A stretch of 64,000 bases of DNA, from NCBI GenBank assembly GCA_008632985.1, contig QPGO01000063.1, positions 186,001 to 250,000 of the forward strand, written 5' to 3'. The notes below the pieces were generated by a model. The model was not told the origin of the DNA. It did no database searches and was given only the letters and a program-made list of their open reading frames with translations. Positions 26,051-38,599 of the stretch are shown here, in pieces. The DNA is from Psammoneis japonica (lineage: Eukaryota). A program made the position numbers and the translations under genes. The first letter of the stretch is position 1; each line of letters starts with the position of its first letter.

Positions 26051-29000
26051 TCTTGGCTCTGCTGGAGAGCTTGCCGCCATTTCAGACACACCTTCTCATT
26101 GCCTGGGTCTAGTGTCACCTGTTTTCTTTCCCAGTGGCTGCTCTGCTCAAGCCAACTTGATGCCATCAGCACCGCTCCCAGCCCCTTGGCACTTTGTGCC
26201 ACTTTGTGGCACGTGGTGCCACTTCCCGTGCCACCCTGTGGCTTCTGCAGTTGTCGCCCACCCTCCCTTTGCTTCTCTCCCCTCTCTCTTCTCTCTCTCT
26301 CTCTCTCTGTTGTGTGGCCTCTTGTCTCCCAACAGGGCAGTGGCTCTCCAGCTGGAGCTCCAATTCCAGGTCCCCAGAATGGGAGCTCCAGTTCAAGGTC
26401 TGGTGCTCATGGCCTGCACCACAACCAACCAGAGTGCTCAACTGGGAGTGCATCAGACAGGAGAGGAAGCAGAGTTGGCAAGCAACAGAGGGCAATCGAC
26501 ACATCAATTGTTTGGCACAGATCAGAGACCAATGAGAGACAGTGGTCTGTGCCTCCTCCCTGTGCGAGTGGGGGGTTTTCTTCACAATCTGCTTCAACGA
26601 TGCTGCCCACATTGCAGAAGCAGTGCACAAGTCCACCAGTGCCTCACAAGCCACAGCAAGCTTGCGCTGCATGTTGATGAGACAAGAGAGCAAAGTTTTG
26701 CTTTCAGCCCGCACAGCCCACCCTTTGCAGCTCTCCAGCCAGAGTTCCAATTCCAGGTCCCCAGAATGGGAGTTCTGGCTTGAGGTCTGGTGCTCATGGC
26801 CTGTGCCACAACCAACCAGAGTGCTCAACTGAGAGCACATCAGACACGAGAGGAAGCAGAGTCGGCAAGCAACAGAGGGCAATCGACACATCAATTGTTG
26901 CCCATTTTAAATCAATTTGCACCATGCATGTCCCAGTGCCAAGGATGGATCCACGGGGTGAGGGCAAACATTTGTGGGCCTCAAACTTGGAACACCCCAC
27001 ACTTGCAACTCTTGTCATGGTTTTTTCCACCCACAAGTGGGCCACAATTCTTAAAACAAAGCTCATCTTATTGTCATTTTTGTGGGAAAATCAATGTTGG
27101 AAGAGCAATGTGACATCTTGTCATTTGTTGTGGAAAGGTTTTTTTTCACTGCTTCCACTTTTGTGTTGAGCATCAAGCACTGTTGACATGGACAGCAAAC
27201 GTGAGCAGAACATGTGTGATGACACATGTGAGTGTCCTGTTGTGACCACTGAATGTGGCTCTGATGTTGTCTTTGTCATTGTCACACTAATTGCAGACTG
27301 CTTTTTTTGTCTTCTGATTTCTGAAGCTGCCATTGTGGCATCATTCTGGGCTGCATTTGACAGTGGTTCCAAAGCAGCCATTCCAAGTGTGTCATTTGTC
27401 CCTGCAGACAATGGTGTCACTGTGGTTGTGGACAGTGACAAAGATGCCGACACTGTGGTGAAGGCAATGAAGGGCATCATCGTGCCCTCAGCACGTTGCC
27501 ATGATTGTGGTGAAGCTCCTGTGTCATGCCTGCCATTTGTGATTGTCTGGTTTTGATTGGAGAGGTTGGAGAAGAAATGGGTCCAACCAACAAGCAGACT
27601 CATTTCTTTCTCTGCCACGAGTCTGCTTCTCTTCTGCATGGATGCCTTTTTCACCATCAATGTGTTGAGCCACCAGACTGCATTCATTGTGAAATTCATG
27701 ATTTGTCCCCAAACCCATGAAGAGCCATGCACAGGTTTTAAACCAATGGACAGGACACAGCAAGTGGCCACTTGTCATGCAGCTCTTTTTAAAAATTTAG
27801 CCCAACAAATTGTCAACTGCCGGTGTGCCATGCATGTCTTTGCAACAGCTGTTCTTGGGTCACCCAGCACTGAAATGGATGCAACATGGCTGCAAAAATT
27901 GGTCTCCAATGGTTGTTCCTTGGCTGCTGATCTTGTTCCTCAATCATGATGATGGATTGCAGGTGCAGCATGCCAACTTTGCAAGGGGCAACCTGCAACA
28001 TTTCAGGTGCACCAGCAATGCCTGTCACCATGCCACTTCCCTGTTTGTCCAACAGTGGCTTCCAATGTGGTCATTCTCATGTGACATGCCAAAACAGATG
28101 CAACATGGCTGTGGACATTTCTTTCTAACAGTTGGTCCTCAGCTGCTGATCTCATGCCCAAATGAGTGTCATTGTTTTCAAAGCTGCAAGAGCAAAGATG
28201 CAGCCCAAAGATGTGGCAGAATTTGTGCCCTTGCCAATTCCCAAAGCCACCTGCCAGGAACAATTAGCTGCAGATCTCATGCTTCAACTGTGATTCAACA
28301 AATTACAGATGTGCCAGCTTTGCAAGGTGTGACCAGTTTCTTTTAATCTCTGCCAATGATGCCAACTTGTCTTCTCCTTCAATGCTTCCCTTGCCATGGT
28401 GCCTGACCTCCCCTTTGTCTACACCCATCATGTTTTCTTGATGCATTTCCAAATTGATCACATGGGCATGGGCAACAACCTTGGAAGATTTGGAGGGGAG
28501 GGCATGTGTGGGGGTGCAGATGGTGCTTTGGCAGTGGACTGCAATGCCGGAATTTGCGGCATGTCTTGAACAGGCAAAAAAGGCATGTCTGTTCCCACTG
28601 CAAGCAATTCTGACACACCCAACATTTCCCCAACAATGTTGTCAGGTGTCCGAGATTGTTGGAGCAAATGTCCTTCACCAGTGTGGCCAGTTGCAGGGTC
28701 CGCCATGGTGGAGGGAGAAATTGGTGAAAAATTGCGTGAAAACACAAGCATGTTTTAGAGGCCACGACAACAACCAGTGGGACTTTTTAACAGCTGAAGT
28801 GTTGATTCCCATGTTTTTGAGCATGGAGAATTTGACTGTGGGGTCCATTTGTCTGTCATCTCTTTTGTTGAAGATTTGAAAAAATTGTTGCCTGTGTGTG
28901 GGCTGCAATTTTTTTACAGCCCATGTGTGGGCTTCAAACGGGCATCTGATGCAATTGGCATTGAGGCTGTTAGACTGCTTGTGTAAATGAGCTGTGGCTT

Positions 29001-30788
29001 TCCAGGAAATACTGATGGTTGGCATTTGACTGGCCATTGACATGTCTGCAGTCAACAAGCTAAACATCATGCATGGGCACAACCATTCCCCAATCATTCT
29101 GTGCTTGATGAATTGTGACGTGTCAAACATTTGTGTGATGACACAATGAACACAGCATTAAAATGTCACAAAGTGTGCTGCACAATCTGCACAAAATTTG
29201 CCACGTGCATTTGCTCATTGTGAGCAAACCTCCACCGGTGGAGATTTGCTCCAAGGGTGTGGCATTTAGCGCTCTGCTGTGACAGTGACTCATCATAAAT
29301 TTCTTTGTTGAAGGTTGAAACTTAGTTCCTCTTTGTTCACAGATGAAGCACACAAAAATCAGTGTTGAAAGCCAACATTGAACTTTCAAAATTGCAAGAA
29401 TGGTCCCCAAGAGGCATTTGGCGAATGCCTGTTCCAAAACAAAATTGCGCAAATTGTTTGTTGTCCACATCTGAGAATGTTTTGTTCAATGCATTTATGA
29501 TGAATGCAGATGAGCAAATCTCCACCCACAGAGATGTGCTCAAGAAGGAAATGGAGCTGCCACTTTTTGCCACAATCAAGGGGCTCTGTGATCTTCAACC
29601 TGTCAAGCACAAACTGAAATTGAAATGAGAAAGTTGTGAAAACCAAGTCTGAATCACAGCAAAATCACAGGAAGGAGCTTTTGGCCAATTTTGGATTTCT
29701 CTCACCTTTCTTTTCATGGGCGCACTTGTCAGAAAGAAGTGCAGCATGTCACACAATGGCATTTCTGGCAGGAAAGGTTTAGCAGCAAAATGGAGCATCC
29801 GTTGTTGATGCACAAGTTGTGAGAATCAAGTGGGGACAGCTGCAAGATCCAGGAAGGATTTTCTGCCCATTTTGGGTTTTCTCTCACCTCTCTCTTTTCA
29901 ATGACACACTTGTCAGAGAAAAGTGTAGAATGTCATGCATTGACATTTTTTGTGGGAAAAGCTTTGTCAACAAAATTGAGCAGTGGCTGTTGCCACTGCC
30001 ATGGTTGTTTTTGAGATGTGTCAGGGGCTCAAGGTGTGACATTCATCTGGCCGTCATACGTGCTTGAACTGTTGCCCTCTTTCTCTCCCCTCCTTCTTTT
30101 CCTCTTCCTTTTTTTCACAAGCTTGGAGCCACCTGCATGATGGGACATGTGCCAAATGGATTGTCCCTTTCCTTCTTGCATGCTCTCACCATGGTTTCCA
30201 TTTTTTAACATGGCAAAGAGTGAACACACAATTTTGCACCAAGTGCTGCAGTGCGCACTGTGGTTTTGGGTGCACAGTTGCTCTTTGTTGGTCCTGTGAG
30301 TCAGAGTGGCTCACGCACTCATGTGCAAAATTGTTGGACAAGTGGATGGACAGAACCAGGCTTTTTTGTTGGTCATTCACTTGGCTGTGGATGTCATGTT
30401 TGGTGAATTCAATTTTGTGCACCGAAGCCAACTGTCATTCTCTTGATGATGTTGGATGTTGTTGACAATGCTGTGATGATCTACATTGTGTGTTGCAGCC
30501 TTGGAGGTGTGCCAGTCTTTTAAATCAACAGAGTGCCATTGTGAGGGTGTCACTCACCAACTCCTGGAAAGCACTCTTTGTGAGTCAGCAATCAAACAAG
30601 AGGACTCTGATCACAAAATTCACCACCATCAACTCCACATGAATCAGCCAAAGACTCCTCTCTTTCAATGCAACTCAAACAAGACATGTGTTCCCAGGTG
30701 CATGCCAAGCAAGAGCCCATGACCCTGTTTTTTGCTTTATCACTGCATGGAAATCGGTGGATCAAGACTGTGGCCGGGTGTGTTCCAT

Positions 30789-31184
30789 GATGCATTCCAG
30801 CCCAGGTGGGACTCCATGTGACATTTGGGCCACAGAACACTGCACGCAAGCTCTGCAGCAAAATTGTTGAGCAACAAAATGTGAGTGATCGCCAACAGAA
30901 AAAGAGGCAGTTTTGCAAACCTGTCTCCTCCTTCACACTTGCAGCACATCATTGACAGTTTGCCTGGGCACATTCTGCAGATGTTAAAGAACACACCCAG
31001 CCCCCATTTTCATTCTCACAAATGTTGAAAATGGAGAGCCTTCAGCTTTGCAAAACAGGAGTGTGAAACAATTTTGCAACAGATCACACGCGGATGCATG
31101 TGTGCATGACATGTGATGCAATCCAAAAAACTCTTGAAGTCACAGTTCAGCAGCACAAGGTCCCACCTAGACCTAGAATGCATC
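30789..31184 (+). mobile_element. MITE family A (subtype 2), copy 4
   Basis: GATGCATTCCAGCCCAGGTGGGAC ... GTCCCACCTAGACCTAGAATGCATC; perfect TSD CCAT. Confidence 0.9.
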
Positions 31185-34100
31185 CCATGCAGCCCTCATT
31201 GGTGGGGGCTCATGTGTGTGCCCCATGCAAGTGAACCCGGAAAACCATTTCAAGATCACCAAGATTGATTCTCTGACTTTGAACTGTGTCAAGAACGTCA
31301 CCTTGAAAGAAGACACAGAGAAGGCTGCTCCTCCAGCTTGGTCGGGGTCAGCAACCAAGGCCAAGCTCCATGGAGTCATTCCACTCCCTCTGTTCCTTGT
31401 CAGCAGGCGCCTCAAGGAAGATGACCAGTCAGCAACCTTGTTAATTGCAGCTTTCATGTTGGCTTTCAACAACTGCAACTGAGCACACAACAGAGACAAA
31501 AACTGCAAAAAAGTCTCCAACGAACTGTGGTGGATCATCCCATTTATTTGGGCTGCAGCCCACAAGAAGATCTGTGCTTTTGCCCAAAGCACTGTCTCCA
31601 ACAAAACAAGTCTCCAACACTTAAATGACCTGCATGACAAGCATGTTGCTTCTGCTGAGACAAATTTGAACCCCCAAGGATTGGCCTCTGATGCTGTGAT
31701 GCAAGGCATTGCCTCTGGCACCACCAAACTCATGACTCACCTGCAGTCTGATCACTCCAACCACAATGACTGACTTGAGAACAAATCAAACAGCTTTGAG
31801 AAGCTGGCCCTCCATGTCCAACAGATCATTTTATTTGGACCCTCCATTGATGGAGATGCAGTCCCAACAGAACTCACGCCTCTGGTTGGCTCAGTTCTTC
31901 AAGCAGCCCACCTCCAGCACAGCTCACAACTGGGCTCATCACGTCATCAAGAACCACTTTGGCTGCCCAACAGTCCTCAAACAAGGCATTGCAGTGGCCA
32001 TGCAATCCAGTGAATTCCTTTGGGACTGCCAAGGCCCACCCCCAATGACTTCAGTGCCTTTTTTGTTGCTCATCCCCTGATCTCGGTGAGTGCCAACAAC
32101 ACCAAAGCCGCACCCAAGTGAGAGAAGGCAAAGGCCCATCAGACAAAGATGTCAAGAAGATCATCAACAGAAGTTAGAGTGGCCCACATTGGCCAATGCT
32201 CCATTTTTCCAGCTCCAAAATTTTGTGAGTCTCCTGGCCATCATCATGGGTGAGAACTCCATGGTCACCCAGAACCTGCTCACCTGGATCTTCTAAATCA
32301 AGAAGCATCAGATCACCTCCAACAACCCACAAGCAAATGATTTGACATTCCCAACCAAGGTTCTTCTGGATGTTGATTGCCAAGTCCAACTTTGGTTGCA
32401 GTGGGTGTGCCAATGCTGAAGTGCACAGTGATGTTGACAACTCAATGGTCAGTTTCTCCAAACTCCAGAAGCAAATTGTTCTTAGATGCTCAAACTGCAC
32501 CGCTCCCACTTTCCTCACTGCAGCTCCAGCCAAAGACAAGTCGGGAAACAAACACAAAGGTGACAAACCAAAGAACCAAGGAAAGCTCATCATCAACAAA
32601 GAGATGGTGCCTGCCTGGAAACTCAAGCAAGGCAAAAGCCGCAGCAAGATCTTCCATCCCAACTTCAAAACCCTCCCAAAAGTTGATGGCACTCAATTGT
32701 GCGGCAAATGCCACATGCAAGGTCAATGCATGATGGTGTGCAAGTTCAGCCACAACAAGCCATGAGGCTCCACTGTGCAGGAGGACATGATGAAGCAGAT
32801 TGCCATGTGTTGCAGTGTTGCTGGCAACAACAACAATGAGGACCACAAATGGGATCCATGGTCATTGCTTGGTGGAGGTGGCCCATCTCATTGTGGACAA
32901 ACTTGTCCACCTCCAAACACCCCCTGCTTCACACCAACTTCAAGAGATGCCCGCATGAAAGCAAGACTCCCATCCTGGCATGAGTGACAAGAGATGAAGT
33001 GACGAGAGGATCAAGTTCCACCTTGCTCAACTTCTGTCAATGTGTCAACCTCATGCACGGCCCCAGTTGGCTCTGAAACATCCCCATCCTCACCAGATTC
33101 CATGTGGACAGTGACCCATCAAGAAAGTTTGGACAGCTCTGAGACCCGACTTGTTGGACAACACAAAGAAATCAACAAGATGCTTGGCAAGCATCCTCCC
33201 CATTTGAAACCAATGACAAGAACAAGTGCAACCAGATGCTTGCAAGAGAACAACCAAGACGCAGATCCCCAAGATGAACACTTGCACTCCTCATCACAAG
33301 ACATCTCCATCTCCTGTGAACAGTCACACTCTGGAGCCAAGCTGGTGGATCCCCATGCCTCACCTCTAAATGTGAACAGCAGCACACCACCAAAGGCACC
33401 CAAATCCAAAAAGCCACCTTTTCTGGTCCATCAGAACCTGCTTTGTCACCTCCTCAAGGAAACAATGCAATCTCACTGATGCAAAAGGACAGCTCAACAC
33501 TCACCTTGGACAAACCATCTGATGAGGAATTTATCAAGTTGATTGATGACATCACATTCCAACCAACTTGACTGCCAAGCAAGCGACTCTTCTGCTTTGA
33601 ACCAACAACTCAAGCAGCAGAGACAAATTGGCAAATCCTTGAGCAATGCTTTGACCTCAATCTGGAAGCAGCCATCCAAGCTCAGAAGTTGTCAGTTCTG
33701 GGCTGCTGTTCCAAATTTTGTCCTGTGGATCAACTGCATCCATTCCTTCATTGCCATCCTCCATGGAGTGAAGTGTCCAGTGCCCTTGCATCAGGTGGAG
33801 AATGTCCCCCAGAGCAGCCCATCAAAGAAGAGGCCCAATCACAAGACACCCAAGATGCCTTGAAATGAGGAAACCACATGTTGGCAGTGAAACACCCATC
33901 AGCACTTTGTGAAGGACTGCACAACAAAGTTTGAAAAGGATGGGAACCCCCCTTGCCAATGGACAAAATCCATTGTCTGCCAAAAGCTCTCATGGCCCCC
34001 CACTTGGAGCAGCTGACCAGGACACCATCAACAAAAGAAGCAAAGTCATTGCATCACAATGCATCACCCATGATCAATCTTTCAAGTTCAGCTCTGGTGC

Positions 34101-36361
34101 ACCCACAAACTCACAAGCTACACCTGAAGAACTCACTCCCTGCATGCATGGCATTGTGCTGTGCCATCTGATCCACTCTGTTGTCTCCATCAGGACTTGA
34201 CGTCCCCACACATGCATCCTCCTGCAGAAGATCAACTGCAAGTCAGAGCACTGCCAAGGTCATCTGAATGGCAAAGCAGCAGCTCAAGCAACAGCCACAC
34301 TTTATGACTCAGCACTGCCAGCACTTTGATTTACCTTTGGTGTCAGACCAAACCCAAACCTGTGGAGCGACACGTCTGAAACAGCTTGCAACCTTTCCAA
34401 TGACATCTTGCAATGATGTGATGCCTGGGATCCTTTTTAACTCCACAACTCCACCCAACACAAACTTCCACCTGCAAAGTTTGAAGACTCCAATGTCCCA
34501 TTTGCCACAGGCCAAGAGCTGCAAGTTGAGATCCCTGAAAATGACAGAGGCATTGTTGATGTCTGTGTCAATGACACAGTCGCTGTCATTCCAGACATCA
34601 GCAACAACTTGCCATGGGGAGAAGGCACTGCACTGTTGGCAACACATGCACTTGCAAGACCAGCCCACCCTCAAGAGGACTTTAAACAAGATGATCTAAC
34701 ATCTCTCAAAAATGCAAGCAGGAGGATGCCTTGAAGAGCTCAAGATCATCCTTGGTTGGTTGTTGGATGCCAGACACATGACCATCATGCTTGGAGACTT
34801 TGCAGCAGCCATGCGAGAAAGCTGACACTCCTCCATGTGATTTGACCAACTGGTGGCAGGGAGCATTAGAGCTGCCATGGACAATGTGGCATTGACCTTT
34901 GGGCTTGACAACTGGAAGGACCCAAAACTTGATGAAGATGGTCAATCCTTTTGCCTTTTACTCTGTCAATGCCAAGGATGCAAGAACCAAGATGGATGGA
35001 AAGCAGAAACAACAAAAAGCAATCACTGCCTCCCTCCTCCGAGCCTTGTCACAAAACCAAGCTGCCTGCAAAGACATTGTGATGGGCCAACTGACAACAG
35101 GAGCCTGGCTCTTTGCAGTGCACTCTTGCAAAAACTCTTTGATGAAAGGCGATCGATGCACTGAACTTCTTGTCTTGGAGAATCTCTGCTTCTTCCAAGA
35201 TGACAAGGAACTCTCCCATTCAGACCAACAGCTTGCATTGGCTGACACTGTTTGATCATCTTCAAGCATCAGAAGAACAATGAGTGATGCAACATGGTGA
35301 TGATGTTCAGAACAGGCCACAACATGCTCTGTCCTGTCCAAGTCTGGGCAGCAGTCATGTGTTGCATCTCCTCCTGCCCCGGTGCATCTCCTGACTCCCC
35401 AGCAAGCATGCGCCACATTTGCCAATGGCAAGCTTTGATTCCCATCCTCCTCTGTCATCCTTGCAAAGATGCAAGCAGCAGCAATGGCATTGGGCAAGGA
35501 CAAGTGGGATGCAAGGGACATGAGATTGGAACTCACTGGACTCACTCCAGAGCAGCTGTGGCAATGTGTCTGACTGATGCACCCCCTGTCTGCCATCATC
35601 ATGTTGATTGGCAGATGGTCCTCTGATTCATTTCTTTGCTGCATCCTCAAACAAGTTCAACAATTTAGCACCAATGTTTCAAGCCACATGATCAAGCACC
35701 AGCACTTCTTCACCACCCCAGATCTGGCCCCAAAGACCCAAGAACACATGGACATCATGAAGTCATTGCTGCCGGTGGGAACAATCATGGTCCTCATCAA
35801 CAAGTGTCTCTTGCTCTCTTTGCACAAGTGGCACAGGCTTGAGCATCAACTTGAAATTTTGCTTTTGAGTCATGATGGCGGTGTCAACTGTGGCACTGTT
35901 GGGTCACTGGGGAATCTTCATTTGTGGGAATGAAAATTTTCAATGTGCCAACCTTTTTGAGCCTTGACTTCATGCTGCATTGCTTGGGACTGGAGTCCGC
36001 AACCTGATGTGAGGACTTGGTTCAGCGGGTCATTGTTTGTTGGTCCTGTGAGTCAGAGTGGTTTGTGCACTTGTGCACAAAATTGTTGGACAAGTGGACA
36101 GATGGAACCAGGCTTTGTCATCATTTGGCTGCGATCGCCACACCCAGTCAACTCAATTTCATGTGCCAAAGCCAACTGTCATTCTCTTGATGATGTTAGA
36201 CATCATGCTGTGATGATCTGTGCTTGCATTGCAGCCTCAAAGTTGTTCTAGTCTTTTCAACTGGAATCTTTTGAAAATGACCCATGACGCAAAACACACA
36301 AAACAACTGCGGGCACCTGTGGAATCTGCACGTTTTTGTGCTGAAACTGTGTGTTCACACA

Positions 36362-36469
36362 ATTTGTGCAAAAACAGACTTGACTCCTGTCAGATCAGGT
36401 GCATTTTTGCAAATGTGTTGAAGAAAAATTTGCCTGATCAGACAGGAGTCAAGTCCATTTTTTCGCAAA
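36362..36469. repeat. Near-perfect hairpin, probably the core of a small palindromic MITE (~36318-36583)
   Basis: GACTTGACTCCTGTCAGATCAGG ... CCTGATCAGACAGGAGTCAAGTC. Confidence 0.8.
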
Positions 36470-36794
36470 GTTGAAGTTCATCAAGGAAGGACAGATAGAC
36501 AGACAGACAGACTTTGTGTCAATTGTCTTGGTGCGGTGCTGTTCTGCACAATTTCTGTGCAACAACTCCACAGTGCAAAAGATTGCCATTGAAACTCCCC
36601 AGACCTGCCCTGTGTCAACTGCAGCACTGTCAGGTCACTGGGAAATCTTCATTTGCAGGAATGAAAATTTCCCCTGCCAACATTTGAGTCTTGACAACTT
36701 CATGCTGCGGTGCTCAGGACTGGAGTCCATGACCTGATGTGAGGACTTGGTTTGGCAGGTCATCATGCTTTTTTCTGTGTTCATTCATGTTTCC

Positions 36795-37050
36795 CTGTCA
36801 GGGGCAGGACAGACCATTTTCCTTTCCTTGGGTTGAGCGTGGACCACGCAAGCCATTGAAAAAATCAGAGAGCAAGATTGGCAAGCAACGAGACTCCCTT
36901 CTCTGTCTTCTGCCTTGCCTTGAAGAGACACAAATCTCACCCACTGCAATCTTGTCCCCTCACCTCCACCAGCACCAGCCTGCTGTGGCCCTGGCCTGGG
37001 AATCATCTGAGTGGATGACAGTGAAGTCCAGCATGTGTGCTGCTCTTTCT
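36795..37050 (+). repeat. Dispersed repeat, copy 2 (see 10520-10890)
   Basis: Alignment by eye. Confidence 0.85.
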
Positions 37051-37631
37051 TTTTTGTGGAGGACAAATGTCTTTCTCTGGATTTGATCCATCTGGAGAAG
37101 TGTGCCTCTCCAAGCTGAGATGACCTGGTTTGGTCTTTTTGACTGTGGCTGGTCAAACTTTGGTTTTTTCACTTTCTCATTTTTTGGCTTTGTTGGAACA
37201 GGAACATTGATCACACTGTGACTGGATCATGTTGCCCCAGCTTGGAAAAGGAGCAGGAACATGGACCACTGTGACTGGATCACACTCCAGCTTGGAAAAG
37301 GTTTTTCTTTTTTGCTCTTCTCTCTCCCATCATGTGGGGCTTCTTTGCTTCCAGTGTCAATGACGAGTTTGTTGATTTGGCCTGTCAGCTAAAAGCTGAT
37401 GTGATTTTGCCATTCTCATCAAGTTCTCCCTTGTTGTCCTCTTCTCAGCTCAGGCTCACCCTCCATGGGTGGAGCTTCAGGGTGGTCATGAGGGCTTAAA
37501 TTCCACAATGGTGGGGTTGAATGTTGGCTTGGGCTGTGGCGGTCATGGTCATGGTCATGGTCATTCTCAGGCAGACACAGACCAGGTGGGCTGAGTTGGG
37601 GCAGGTTGTGACTCCCCATCAGGTCATTGAA

Positions 37632-38592
37632 GATGTGTTCCAGCCCTGGCAGGTGGGACTCTGTGTGACATTGTGCCTGCAGAATTCTGTGTGCAAGCTC
37701 CGCAGTGCAAGAACTCAACTGACAAACATGTTGGTCTTTGTTGTTGAATGAACAACCAAGTTTGTGGTGGAATTGTGCCTGTCCGTGCTCAAAGTTTTTG
37801 AACATCAATCTGCCCACACCATTCTTAAGATGTTCAATTGAGAATGACACAGAAGAAAAAATGTCAAAAGTTGTTGAGTGGGTGACAGAAGTTGAAGAGA
37901 GGCAAAAATGGGTGGAAGAAAACAACAACTCCTTGCTCTGCTGTCTAAACAGCAGATGAGTCTCCATGCAGAGACCATTGCAGGAGCCAAAAGACATGTG
38001 TTGTGATGTTGGTGCTGCTGTTGTTGTTCTTGCAAGCCCCATGTGGCTTGAGTGCAAACTGCACTCTGCACAATGTGCAGGACTGAGAGCACTCACAACT
38101 GTGCATGACAAACTGAAATCTTGTTCAAATCCTGTCACTCCCCAGTTTGCTTGAGGAGTCCACAGAGACAGACTCAAGATCAGATTGGCTAAAGGTCTTG
38201 GGATTGAAGCTCCAAAATGTGAGGGGACAAAGGAGGTTCCGGATCTGGGAGCAACCCCAGTGCTTGCTGAGAACATTGGCAGCATTGCAAGAGTCTTGAA
38301 TGAAGTGAGACTTGAGGAAACTGGAGGCAATTGCCTCATGCACACAATGGAATGAGAGGGCAGTGTGTTGTTTGTGTAAGTTGGATTGTGGGACAGTGGC
38401 ACTGTCCACAACCAACTTGTTGTCCCCAAACATGTGTCATGTGCCCAACAACTGCACTGCAAAATGACACAAAATTCCACCAAAGTCCTCATGCAGAAAT
38501 GCATGTGTGAGATGCAACATGTGGCATGATCCAAAAAACTGTTGATGTCACAGCTCAGCAGTGCAAGGTCCCACCTGGAGCTAGAGCTCATC
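37632..38592 (+). mobile_element. MITE family A, copy 5, containing a Copia fragment
   Basis: GATGTGTTCCAG..AGGTGGGAC ... GTCCCACCTGGAGCTAGAGCTCATC; perfect TSD TGAA. Confidence 0.88.
37883..38439 (-). mobile_element. Copia (CoDi-like) 3' fragment: RNase H end, PPT and 255-bp LTR
   Basis: MFGDNKLVVDSATVPQSNLHKQHTALSFHCVHEAIA..NAANVLSKHWG; PPT GGGGAG (38143-38138) abuts LTR TGACA...TGTCA (38137-37883). Confidence 0.85.
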
Positions 38593-38599
38593 TGAAGAC

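Larger units (their letters stand above)
30283..36765 (+). mobile_element. Decayed Ngaro-like YR retrotransposon 2 with split direct repeats A1-ORFs-B1-A2-B2
   Basis: A1 ~30283-30525 = A2 ~36035-36260; B1 ~35880-36033 = B2 ~36612-36765. ORF1 LCGKCHMQGQC..CKFSH; RT ITHDQSF, DVCVNDT, KIILGWLLD; YR IGTHWTHSRAAVAMCL..IMLIGRWSSDSFLCCILKQVQQFS. Confidence 0.9.

Noticed and set aside
26900..30280. Assigning a family to this decayed region (also 10.9-12.9 kb and 14.5-16.4 kb)
   Set aside because: It contains local duplications (e.g. ~29690-29810 / 29870-30000) but no motif I can recognise reliably.
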